DNA of 64,000 bases, taken from NCBI GenBank assembly GCA_038496445.1, contig JALMLS010000336.1, positions 171,662-235,661 of the forward strand. Direction: 5' to 3'. The notes beneath the pieces are model-generated. The model ran no database searches, was not told the origin of the DNA, and saw nothing but the letters and a program-made list of their open reading frames with translations. This DNA comes from Trichosphaerium sp. ATCC 40318. Lineage: Eukaryota; Protista; Tubulinea. A program made the position numbers and the translations under genes. Below are positions 27,322-40,223 of this stretch, piece by piece; the first letter of the stretch is position 1, and each line of letters starts with the position of its first letter.

Positions 27322-27999
27322 TCTTAGGTGTGGCGCTAGTTGTTTTTATTGTCAATTTTTGACCCAACTAACTGATAAAACAACTTGTGTACTTTTTTTT
27401 CTTAAGTTTGTACACATGCCTTATTTTATCAATAGCCGTACTTATTAATACCATTCGGCTAACGAAAAGCGGAAGTAATTTTTCTTCGATGTCAAACGTG
27501 GAAATCGTTATTTTGTTAAAGGCATGCCAAAATAAGTGTTCGCAAAAAAGTTCCTGAAAGGAATTTTTTTTGGTGTTTCACAGTTCGTGATGCACATGAA
27601 TTTAGGTGAATTATAAAAAGATTGTCGGGTATCAACTAGGTTGATTATCACCGAGGTATGAGCTTATCTTGCGGCCGGCATCCAAGGACAAATCCTTTGA
27701 GAAATAAGTAAAAATTTCAGATAATCGTGACAACAAACTGCTTACCATTAATGAGTTCCTTGCGTATGAATTATCAGCCAAACTGCTCAAACAAAATCTC
27801 CCTTGGTGGCAACGTCGAGGACAATCACCATGGTGATCTGTGAAAATGGGTCTGCAAGACCTTCAAAAAGGTACATCTTTCGTAATCTGTTTATTACATA
27901 TTTTATGAAAACTGCCGTCCAACAACTTTTCCTACAACTTGCATTGAAGAACTTGAATCATGCGTTACCTTTGCATACGTATAATTACACCTGCAGCAT

Positions 28000-29212
28000 T
28001 CAAAAGAAAGCAATCTTGCTTATGGATTGCGAGTTATGAGCGAAGTACACGGTATCACCATGTAGTATCGGAGCCTTGATCCACTGAACTCCATCTATTG
28101 GTATTTTAATCATATCCTTTGACTCAATGAAAAAGCAATACAAACATTCACGGCCACTAAAAAATAAACACCCTCAAACAATCGTATTAGTACCAAGACC
28201 ATAAGATCTAATTTGGGTACCTTTAGCATATTTGCAGGTATTAAATTCAATGTGACAATGTGAAATATCGTATGAGAACTCTCTTGTAAAGTGTTTCTTT
28301 GTTTTTTTTATCTTGTAAATAGTTTCATTTGTAGTATAATAAATGTTGTCAAAATCATCAACTGCAATCCCAGTAGAAATACCGTCCTCTTCACGATAAC
28401 CTTGAGGGTCTAAAGACGAAGGGTTTGGTACTTGAGGGTGTTTTACATACTTTAGAAACCTGGGTAAGGTGTAGAAAACATGCCCTTGAGCTATTGCAAC
28501 TCGTTGAGGCCAGTTGTAGTATCTTATTGTCAAAAGCTGTTTGAGCTCTCCTGAATGGCCATCCAAGTAAACAACTCTCTAAAATAGAATTAAAATAAAC
28601 AATGTAGAATTTGTTATGTGTAATCACATGATAGTTAAGGACATACACTGTTTCCAGTATCAGCTATAAATATATTATTCCACTTGTCAACTGCTGTATC
28701 ACAAGGATAATCTAGCTCACCAATAGTGGCTTTAAAGGTGCTGACTTCATTTGTTTTCATACACAACTTGCGTATCACATGGTTTACATGGTCAGTGATA
28801 ATGAGCTAAAGCAAGAGAGTCATTATCTTCCGTAGTGACATAACACGAAACATACATCACCATTAACATCAAATGTTAGACTTCTAATATCGTGAAACAT
28901 TGCAGTGAATGCATCTCCTAATTTCATAAATTACCCAACAATACAACGCAACACTGCGTGTTGTACCATCTTGGCGTCCACATTGGTTTCCTCCAGCAAC
29001 TCTTGTTGCCTTGTGGTCGCTATTTAGGAACTATTTGTAATAAACAGTCAAAACAAACAAAAAAATGGAGAATAAATGTTTACTTTGTACAGAGGGCATG
29101 ATTTAGCAACAGACGCTAATAAAGAGCATGTGAGCATAGTATTTCGAAGATATGATGGGCTGTTAACATATTCAACAATGTAAAGTAGTATTTCAGCCGG
29201 TAACTGTTCCAT
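28000..29212 (-). CDS. F-box + NHL-repeat beta-propeller protein, multi-exon
   Basis: MEQLPAEILLYIVEY F-box; NHL-like segments IITDHVNHVIRKL, LDYPCDTAVDK and GIAVDDFDNIY. Confidence 0.7.
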
Positions 29213-29292
29213 TCGATCAATGTAAGTTACTAGTCACGTGTTAAGCGTGTGCTTAATTCAGCCCGTTTTAAGCGCTTTTAGTTCATCCTCGT

Positions 29293-31202
29293 ATGCAAGC
29301 GCAATGGTATATCGTCCCACTACTTCTTACCTGTTGCATTAGTGCGTCAATTGATATTGGTACTGTGTTTGGAACCAATTTTGGTACGTATGGTTATTTT
29401 CTTGCCTAAACGGTGTCAGTACTCGATGAAACGCGCGATCTGGTCGCTTGGGTAAGCAATAACGAAAATTCAGTTTGGACTGTAAACACTGCGCACCCTA
29501 ATGGTTCAGAGAGGTCTAGCCTGTATAATACAAGCATAGGGGCTCTAGTACGTTAGTTTTGATCTGAATAAAGCCTGATTTGTTTAGAACATAGTAGCCT
29601 TCGATAAACTATCCGGAACGCTATTTCTAGATTCTTACAACGGATCTGAACACTCAATAATATCTTTGGCACTAATTGAGAAAAACTCGTCTGTAATAAC
29701 CCCAAATATGATAAGAACATTCTCAACACTTCCTGGAGTAATAATAGGTATGTTTAAGCAATATAACAAGTTCTAACTGAATTAGCACATAAGAAAAACA
29801 AAACTGCCCGAATAGTGTTTGCAATTACCTCAGACGCGTCAAACTTCACTATAGCATCAACTGCGCTCGATGGGACAAACGAGATTATTTTATCAGAGAC
29901 ACTCACTCAAACGCCTTCAATTTGTGGTGTAGATACTACAAATGGTACCAAACAACGTGCTTTGAACAATTACAATGCTGTATATACGGAAACTAACAAG
30001 TAATTTGTTTACAGGTCGCTTAATTTGGATTGACGCGTCATCCAGTACTCTAATGAGTAGTTCGACGCACCAGTTTAATATTACGAACATTATTGCACGT
30101 GATAATTGCATTTTTAGAGTTATACACGTGCTATACATGGCTTACCTCCTGCTAGAGTTTGAATCCATTCCTGACAAGGTCAGGAGAAGAAATTGCGAAT
30201 CCATGTGTTGTTGATAGTAACAACAGCCTTGTTTTTTGGCTAGAACGATCTTCTAACAATATATTGACTGTCAATGTCGCTTCCACGGATACAAGTGGAA
30301 AAAAAGTACTATCAACAATACCTGAAGTAATTTCAGCAGAAGCCATTGAGCTCGGTGAGTCAATATCAAGGTGAGTGTTGCAGATAAGCCAGTAAATACT
30401 TACGAATTGACAACCTAGGGTTGCTGTTGGATATATTTCTTCTCCTGATGGGAGAACTGGAGTGCTTCATGTAAAAGAATACACAGCCAATAGTTTTTCT
30501 GAAGACATTGCGCAGAAGCCAATACTTGACTTGAGCAGTACGCAGCTTACCCATACAGTCAGTGGAAAACTAATTGTATAAATAGTTCGACTCGATAAAC
30601 GTATAGCAGTGAGCTTCGATGAAACTATGAAAATTTGGTTGTGGGCTTTTAATATTGATGGAGATTATACATTAAGTTCTAGTCTAGGACAAATAGAGAG
30701 TGTAAGAACATTTCAAGTAGACTTTGTTGTCGTTGAGAACATACTACAATCAACTGAAAATGGGTATTAATATTTTTACAAAATTATCACGTGTTGAACC
30801 CAACACTTATATGTTTAGTTGTATGGCTTATCTAGTAGACTTTTCAAACGCACAAATTAGCAGTGGTTGGGATTTACGTGTTGCACATGTGTCAGGAAGT
30901 GCAGCATCAAGTCGAATAGAGCGAAATAGTACGTTGCAACTCTTTAGTTTGTTTTTCAACAATTTCTTAACATTGTATTGTTTGTAGGCGTAATTGACAC
31001 TCTTCCTTTAATACAAGTGGATAGAGTGAATGGTTATGTTATTTGGACGAGTAAGACAGCCACTGATTTGATTTTAAAGAGTAGCGTAGTTGATTGCCCA
31101 TTACCACCACCTGCAGCGCCTACTGCGCCATCATACGCACATAAAGTGCTTAGTAATAGTATTGTGGTGCTGCTAGCACTTTTCTTGTGCGCCTACTGTT
31201 AG
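29293..31202 (+). CDS. Secreted or GPI-anchored beta-propeller-like surface protein, multi-exon
   Basis: Signal peptide MQAQWYIVPLLLTCCISA; YWTD-like repeats (RLIWID, LVFWLE, YVIWTS); Pro-rich linker and hydrophobic C-terminus. Confidence 0.6.
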
Positions 31203-31505
31203 TTTGAGCGCACTCATGTATTTTATATTAAAAACGGTGTATTAACGCTCTCTCCAGAGCGTATATTACGTTTTGGGCACCACGTGGAAACTCCCAATGT
31301 AAAAAAAGCTCTAAATCGGGAGTGTCTCATTAACGCTTCTGGACTGTTTTATACATATTTTTAGTGATTTGTATCGGAGTAGTCTGCCAAGCGTTTAAAT
31401 GATTAATAAAATGCCTATTAAGGTCGTTAAAGTTCAAAGAGTCACTGGGAGCCCACTAGAGCTTATTATAATGCGTGTGAATTAAAATAAACTTAATTGT
31501 GTGCT

Positions 31506-34255
31506 ATGGAAGTGAAAAACGCTTTGTTGGAGGAATCTTCGGATACAGTAGCAGCAACAGAGAACTCAGAGAGTTTATCAGCTCATTCGGACTCTATTTC
31601 GCGAAAATACAATCTACGCATGTCAAAACAAGGACCAATACGCATGTCAGACTTTAAGGGCAAAGTCATTCGAAATGGTACCGTTTTAAGCGCTTTTTGA
31701 CAAAGAATTAAACAAAAAAATGCTAACGTTAGTTTTATGTAAATAGACAAGCGCTACTTTGAAGGTTTTGCGTTATTCTTGAATGAGGGCTTGTTTTCGG
31801 ATTTTACACTGAAGCTAAAACATCGTATATTCCCCGTTCATAAAGTCTTTCTTGCAAGGGAAAGCCAGTATTTCCGCAGTATGCTTACGAGTTCTGCGTA
31901 CAGTGTACACTTTTTTTAATGATTTATATTTAATTCAATCAAACTGTCATATTAACACTCCAAGATAGGAATCGAAAGAGAAGGAGTGCGATTTAAAGCT
32001 ACCAGCTGTTTTAGAACAAGTTTTTCCTCGTGTTCTTCTGTATATGTACACAGGCCAAATGGCGTTAACTACAGGTATGTCTCGTAACGTTATCTATCAT
32101 TTTAGAGCATTTATAGCATGTTCCTTTTTTGCCTGCTGTCTGTTTAAACTCATTCTTTTATTACAGGCAACGCATGCGCTGTTGCTGCTTTAGCAGATAG
32201 ATTACTAATGGAGCGTCTCCGTGGTGTTGTAGTCGATTTTTTACTTACTCGATTGTCTATTTACAGAAACAAGCCTAAGGTATTGTTAGTAGTATTAAAG
32301 GTTTCTCTATTGACATTGTATTGTTCGTAGGTTATTACAAAGATTTTGTTGCAGTCCATTAGGAATAAATTCGATAACGGGCATGATTCATTAAAAGCTG
32401 TTTATAAGACTTGTTTTGATACTGTTAGTGATAAACTAAATACATTTCAAGCATCGGAATTTGTGTCAATACCAGCCTATCTGTACGTAGCGTATTTTAT
32501 CATGTTTTACGCACGTTTTACGCACGTTTTACGCACGTGCCAATATCACAATGATGTCAAAATATATTGTTGCAAAGGCGCAAAAAAGACTAAATTGTGC
32601 TTTTAGGTTTGCCGATTTGTTGAACTCTAATGATTCTATTACAAATGATGAACGTATAAATATGATACAAGATTATATAAGAGAGCGTAATACAAGTAAA
32701 GAGCTTAATATTGATGACCTTAAGAGTTTAACAGGGTGTATGCCTTCAATACCATACGCTCATATTGATTTTTTTGTAAACTTGGCAAATGAGTTTAAGT
32801 TTTTTCTAATATTAGAGAAAGTACGTTCTTTCAACGTCTCTTCTCCTTATTAATTGTTTATCAGAGTATACCTACGTTTGTTTCACAGTTTATTGGATTA
32901 CGTAAGGAGTTAAAAGAGTTACCTATTGATATACAAGTGAAGATATTGAGGGATGATAATATTCAAGTTAATTCTGAAGATGAAATATGGGATGTAGTTA
33001 AGGAGCTCATAAGCTTTAAGCCTGATGCTGTACGTTGAGTTTTACTTGGTTAATACTTATTGTTAAAGTCTAAAAAACAAATCAAAAAATTATGGTCTAC
33101 AGTGCGGTATAAATACTTAACAGAAGAACGACTTCGTGAGGTAAATGTCACATTGTTTTATTTTCAGTGAACAGGAAATTTTGACACCTGTCAGGCTGAA
33201 AAATCTGGCGCACCTTCAGAACTTATCATGCTTGCTAAAAGTGGTAATAATCACGCTAAGTTGAAACAGCTTAAATCTCCTTCGGCGAGAAGAAGGTACA
33301 TTAATTCTGTATTTTTTCTTAAAAATCCAAATATTGTCTTAACAGTTTCTAGTGTACGACCACGGCTCTATGGTACAACAAATTGTAAATATTCACCTGG
33401 TAGAGAGCAAGGATTGATATACTTACTTGGTACGGTAGAGGTTATTTTAAGGACTGGGTCTTTTATCCGTTTGTTGATTTTGGCGTTATGTTAATGAACT
33501 TGTTAGGAACAAGTAACAACAAGAAACCGTTTGTTAATCCAGCTGCACAAGGGCTTGTGCGTGTATCTTGTAATTTAGGATTCTATGATGGCTCTAGTGG
33601 GTCAAAGATATTATCTAGAAAGGCGCCATTTGATTTTTGGACAAATGAAGTAAGTACATTCAACTACAATTTTGTTTTAAGTATGGTAAGGGTGATGGCG
33701 TGTATATTCAAATAGAATTTATTTCAGATTTGGTGGCACCGACGCACTATACGCTAATGCATGGTGATAGCTCTAAACTACATGCACTAGATTGTTGGAA
33801 ATTTTTGGTTCGTAATTTGTTTATTTTTTGTTATATTTCTGCTTCTTACAAGGTTTTGTGAATATATAGGGGAGTGAAGATGGTAAAATATGGTCTACAC
33901 TTCGAGAGCATAAAAATTGTAAAGATTTACATGATCCTTATAAGTCACATACTTGGGAGCTGGAACAGACTGACTTTTATTCTTTTTTCAGAATAGAACT
34001 TACAGAAGTTAACACTTCTTATAAGGTTTGTCTTTTTCATACCTGCAGCGGCTTTGAGCTTGGTCATTTATGATTATCTTAACTCTTTATTAGGATGAAA
34101 TAGCTATATGTCATTTTGAGTTACATGGTAAGATGTCTAAGAAAGAATCTCGTGAAGTTTCTAAAACAAAAAAAAATGATAAAAGCTCATCACCGAAACT
34201 AAAAAGAAGAGAATCTCCTTTGAGTCCTAAATTATTTATCCAACAATACGATTAG
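31506..34255 (+). CDS. BTB/POZ-BACK protein with C-terminal discoidin/SUN-like domain, multi-exon
   Basis: FSDFTLKLKHRIFPVHKVFLARESQYFRSML BTB; DDNIQVNSEDEIWDVV BACK; GLIYLLGT...FVNPA and THYTLMHG...W...GSEDG..W. Confidence 0.82.
32505..32539. repeat. Intronic tandem repeat (TTTTACGCACG)x3
   Basis: Direct 11-bp repeats, ending in CACGTG. Confidence 0.8.
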
Positions 34256-35373
34256 TTAATTAATTGTATATAATTGTAAACAAACGACATTTGTATTTAT
34301 AACAAGATAAAAAGAAGGTCTCCTCTGATAAGTAAAGCATATTGTATGCAGGGTTTTTTTTGCAAAGTTTTTTGTTGATATTTAGCCATTGATTACTTTT
34401 CTTACTGATGTAGAAGGCAACCATAATGTATAACCTCGTAGTGCTTTTAGCTATTCTTGTGCTTTTAACAGCACCTCTTATAGCGTTAAAAGCGTTCATT
34501 ACTTTGTTTGAGCGAAGAATCTATCTCAAAAAAAGAAGTTTCTCGCTCTTGAGGTCCAATAATATTGACCTCTGCAACAAGAATACAACAAACTGTAAGC
34601 GCTATTCTCGGGCGAAGATAGTGACGCTGTTGTACTCACAGTTGCTTACAAAAAAATAACATAGTGTGAATTATAACGGTTTCACGTGCCACTGTGGTAG
34701 GGTTTAACTTGAAGCGTAGCAAAGGGCTTAGTGATGTTAAAAACTTGTTGTTGTTGCATTGTATAGCTCACGTAGTAGTCAAAATCTTAATGACTGTTAT
34801 TGCAGCCTTTGTTAATATGTACAAAAGAGCTTCGAACTCTGGATAGGTAGAAATTCTAATCACATGATAAAACATCGCAGCGTTTTACTTTTCATGGATA
34901 CTAGTAGCTTTTCACACGGTAAGAGCAGAAGAGTTAGCCATGGTCTATTTTTTTCATGTGAGCATGGTGACAAGGATTTGTTTTGATTCACAGATTTCTT
35001 TCCCTTTCATTAGCCACAATGGCGAGAGGCCTAAGCATAGTGTATAGAGTGCTCACAGTCATTGTCCAAGAAAACTCCTTTCTAGTTCCTTTTACGAGTT
35101 TAAATCCCTGTTACACAAGTATATTTTTAAGAAGTTCAGTGAAGTTATTTTTAATAAAGTTTTTTTTTGAATCTTCTTTAACGCTTTTGTTCAGTTTCGT
35201 AAAATGTGTACCGCAAGTTCGGGTGGCCATAAAGTTCAGCAGACTTTTTTTAAGCTATTTGAGAACCACGTGAAAACCGCCTAATTGGCGTCTGTTTTTG
35301 ATACCCGACAAGTACGCCTTAACTCAAAGATTACGGGTAGCCGTTTTTACCTCTGATAAGGGCGAAGCAAATG

Positions 35374-35425
35374 GTACTTCCTTACCCGATTAACTTTCGC
35401 CTAAAGCTTGTGAATCTTAATCTTT
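35374..35425 (+). promoter_or_regulatory. Conserved upstream element of the protease-vWD genes (also at 39901 and 44492)
   Basis: GTACTTCC-n-TACCC[G/A]A...TTC[G/A]C...TTGTGA.TC recurs about 260-370 bp upstream of copies 2-4. Confidence 0.55.
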
Positions 35426-35741
35426 GGACGTCTCTCTGCCCATTAATTAAAATTGTTTAAGTATTTATAATGTTGACATTTGTTATCTCCTCACACCCAT
35501 TTTATTGTTTTCTTGACACCAGTAAGAAAAAAAATACGACGCACTGTAGCATCATCTCGCGTTAAATACGGACTACTTATATCACGTGTTATATCACGTG
35601 AACGCCCTGAGTCAACTAAAATTCTTTAAAAAAAACCAGCACGTCATTTACTGAATCGTGCACAAAGAACAAAAAGGATAGTGACCCTTTTTAAAAAAGT
35701 CAGAACCGAACCACTAGCGCAACACTTAACGACACATTAGG

Positions 35742-38700
35742 ATGCGTTTTCTTGTTCTTCTCGCTGTATTATCAGCGCTATCGATAACTGTTAGCGGTAA
35801 TAATGAAGAAATATGTGGTAATAGTCAACTATCAAACGCCATTTGCTTCAATACTGCGAGGTAAGCTAAAACAACTATTTTCCGTAATACTTAGCTTCGT
35901 GTTCTTAACGAAATCTTGTTAGTACAACGGACCTTTTTGATAGAAGTCTGATTACTGCACGTATTATTACAAGTCAAGGTTGTGCTTGTACTGGATGGCT
36001 TATTGGAGACCGTGGCGATTTCATAACGAATCACCATTGTTGGTCTAATTTTCTTTGCAAGGGGTTTGTACTTTGTTACTTTCTCTCATTTTTACTGACC
36101 CGTCTTTCTTAGGTCTGCTGCGAATAATGCAGATGTTGCTGCTGCAAGTTATGAGTTCAGTTGCCATCAACCTACTTGCGGTAGTGCTAATCCAGCAGGA
36201 TCTGTTCCAGCTGCTTGTACTACATGGGCTTCCGCAGGAGCAACTGTACGCTTTAGAAACATGTTTAACATTCAAGTCAAAATTTGATAGTTTTTTGACT
36301 TTTGTCGTGTAGATTATTGACCAAGACGCCGGATTGGATTACGTACTTATTAACTTACCTGGTAACGCCGCTTTAACTTACAACGGACAATTGATATCAA
36401 CAAACGTAAACGTTGGAGAAGTGCGTAGAAAGTCGAGGACGTTATGTTCGACTAACCAATGTTAGCAAATCTTTATTTCTCAGCATCCAGCTCGTCGCGC
36501 TAGAGAGATTTCGAATGTTAACGATGCTGGAACTAGAGTTAGTGTTCAATCTGTAAACGAAATTAATGTGATGGGTGGCGCTGCTGCAATGTACGCCAAC
36601 GTGACGATTAAACCTCCTTTAACACTGCTAGTGGCTATGATGCTGATACTGAAGGCGGAAGCTCGGGCTCTCCAGTTGTGAGAAGAGCAGATTGGGTACT
36701 GACTATACTATGATAAGTTCGATTATTAACTTTTTAAATAGCGTGCTGTTGCTATCCACCATGCCAGGTCAAACCAAAACAACCCGTGCTGGAACAGAGG
36801 TACACCTGCAAATGATACAATACAGCTAAATATGCTTCTAGGTATTCCAATGTGGCGTATTAGAAACCTTCTTGATTCTAGAGGAGTGAACACTGCCAAT
36901 TATTTAAGTGACTTAGCTGGTGGCGCTTTTGCGTGGGGCGACCCTCATTACACAACTTTCGATGGAAGAAAGCATCATTTCCAAGGATTGGGTACTTTCC
37001 ATCTCGTCATCTCAGAACACAACAAATATTATCTTCAATCTAAAACTGCAAACAATGCCATTTGGCCAAGTGCTACTGTCAACCATGAAGTACGTTATCA
37101 TCACTGATCCTTCTTACTCAGCCACAAGAACCTTTTTTTTTTTATTGATTTATCACGTGATTTTTTTTTTGAATTTTATCACGTGATTTTTAATTTTGTT
37201 TGTTAGATTGGATTGGGATATGAGATTGATGGAAATGATGTTTTTGTTGCTGTCAAGGCAATCAAAGATGGTGAAGTATGCTATGGTTTTGATGTTATTC
37301 ATCAATGTGAAAAGTCGTAAGTTACCTCTTGTATGATGTCGCAAAAACTCACTTTCTTTTTAGTTTATTCGACCAAATATACTTCAGTCAAACCATTTCG
37401 GCAAGGACTGTGACAAGAGATGGATTCACTGCCACTGTAAATCAAGCCAATGGCAAACATTATGTATTTTTCAGATTCACAACAGGTAGCCTCCATTCTT
37501 TGAGTAGATGACGAACTAATGTACTTTGTAGGAGCAACAATGAAGATAACAATAAATCATAGAGATAATGATTGTTGGATGAATGTTGAACCAAAGGTTC
37601 CTGGTTCGTTTTATGGACGCACTGAAGGTCTTCTCGGAACATGGGATGATAATACAAACAATGATTACACAAAGAAAGGAACAACAACAATCGTACCTCA
37701 TGCTGAATTTGCTGAATCATGTACACTATTTTTCACTTGTTTAACTTTCAGTTACTTAATGCTTATTTAGACCGATTGGAGAAAGGAGAACCAAATGTAT
37801 TGGCTTGCAAAACAGCTGAAGAGACATTTATTGATCCAAAGTTCAAAGGATTGATTGGATTGACACTCGAAGGCGCCAACCAAGAGTGTACATAACTTTT
37901 TCTTACTCAACACTTTTCCTAATACTGTTACAGGGATTGATGTTGCCAATCAAGCATGTCGTCGTGTGAGAGATGAAGAAGATAGAAAAGCATGTATATT
38001 TGATGTCGCTCATACTCAAAATGTTGAATTTGCTCAACAAGACATTCTAATAAACACAAGTACGTCGTTTGGATAATAGAAAGGAAGGACTCGCTTTTGA
38101 CATTGTGGCTTAGGATGTCCTAATAATTGTAACGGTCGCGGTTTCTGTATTCAAGGAAGATGTAATTGTTTACTTGGATTTTCTGGACCAGATTGTAGTG
38201 AAAGTACGTGAACAGTTTTTCTTTGGAACCTTATAATTGTTAGTTGCCGAATGTCCAAATTGTAACAAAGAGACTGGTTTTTGTGTTGCTGGACGTTGTG
38301 TATGTCGTCCAGGATACTTGCCACCTAATTGTGATAAACGTATAACAATATGTGACTTGAAACCATTCCCTGATCTTCCAGAACCTATTGTCACTTCAAT
38401 ACCCGTCAGAGGAGGTACTACCCTTTACTTCACAATGTGACTTGTGTTTACAGAATCCTAGGAATCAAGGTGTTTGTCACTGTTCCATACTTCACCAAGG
38501 GAACCACAATTCTTGATTTTAAACCTTTTGAAAAACTTGAGAGCCTTTCTGATTGTGCCAATCGTTTCGCTTCAAACCCTCTTGAAGTCGATTCTAAAAA
38601 TGAAGTACGTATAATAGTTTATCACTTCTGGCATCTAATAAATGTCATAGCCAAAATGGGAGTATGCACCTGACGCAACATACCCAGGAGCTGTATCAGG

Positions 38701-39438
38701 AGACTTTGCTGGATACCAACACTCACAGTACGTAACACCTGTACTTTTTGAACACTTAAGCTAATAAATAACTTTAGGCGTTGGAATGTTGTTCCAAGAA
38801 ATTGTCGTACTTTGTACTACTCTGCATTCTTTGATGAACAAACATTGGAACGTTGTAGATTCGAAGGAAGTATATACGTTAACTATGCATCTCCTGTTGA
38901 TAGTGGCAACATTAACAAAGGTTTTGATATCAAAGACTTCAAGATGAGTGTTGAACGTAAGTATCAACAATTAAGTAAGCAAAAAGATTGCATTCTAACA
39001 CCTTTGTTTAGCTAAGCAACAAGATCCAACACAACTAACAATCAACTTGTCACCAAAGGGTATTCTTCAATCACGTGTACCTGCTACTGCAGCGGATAAT
39101 CTTCGTACTGCTGTATCAAAGGCATATGCTGTAAGTCCAAATGATGTATCTGTCACTGTTGGTAAAGGAAACGACTTCCATGTATCAGTTGATGGCGCCA
39201 CACATGTTGAAGCAGGAGCTACAGAGTATATTATCTTATTGATGAGTAATCATGGATTGAAAGTAGACAGTGGTGCGCAACCAAAACATATTGGTATACA
39301 GTGATGCTTACTAACAATTGCTTTTTAGGATCACACTTCCTCACAGTCTCAGATACCCATACTGTTCAATCAAGCGCTACTACAACGTCATATGCTATAC
39401 TCATATTGATGATGGTATTGATAGCTTCATTGTTGTAG
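35742..39438 (+). CDS. Trypsin-like peptidase-vWD-EGF GPI-anchored protein, copy 2
   Basis: MRFLVLLAVL signal; ITNHHC / LDY / DTEGGSSGSPV; GDPH at 36937-36948; EGF repeats (CPNNCNGRG); GPI-like end SSATTTSYAILILMMVLIASLL*. Confidence 0.9.
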
Positions 39439-40223
39439 TTCAAATAAAGTCAACACGTTTTACTTTGTTAACATGTAACTTCTTGAAGTAAAAGCCACTG
39501 TACTCAAGTAATGCAAGTTTGATTGCTGCATAGTGTCCTCGATATTTAAAATGCAGCAATAAGTTTTACGGATTCTGCAAAGGGCTGATTACAAGTTGTT
39601 TGGGTAGTTTAGATTCAAACAAAAATTGCATAATAGGCGCTCAAAAACAAGCCATAACAAAAAACCAGGAAACTTCTAAAGCAAATTGATAACGGGTTGG
39701 TTGTACTGTTACATGACAGCATGGCGTTATAAAAATATGCAGCCAGGTGCAAGTCCGAGTGGCTTGCCAAACACAAAGGATCTGTGAATGTTCATGAATG
39801 CATATTCGCGGTTTTGGGTACCCGAATAAAGATGTCTTGTACGTACTTACAAAATCCTCAAGGGTGTCTTTTTCGGTGGTTGAGAACAAGGAAAGAATAG
39901 GTACTTCCATACCCAACTTGCCATTCGCTTAAAGCTTGTGAATCGTTATCTTTGGATAGAGTTGACCCAATGATTTCCAAGCGTTCAACTTGGGTGTAGT
40001 GGTCTTATTAGTATCGTCTCACATCCATTTCACTGCTTTCTTGTCAAAATGTAAAAAACCCCGCCACACATAAGAGAGCGCTACAAGTGCAATATATACA
40101 TCGCGCAGATCACGTGTTTAATCACATGAGTCAAATAATATTTACTGAACCACGCACAAAAAGGAGCGAGCCATTTTATAATCACAGCCTTTTAACTAGC
40201 GCAACACTTAACGACACATTAGG

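Noticed and set aside
31250-31345. Possible nested hairpin downstream of the surface-protein gene
   Set aside because: The stems are short and compatible with chance; no RNA family recognised.
34426-34659. 77-aa ORF with a hydrophobic N-terminus
   Set aside because: It could be a small protein, but there is no homology or motif support.
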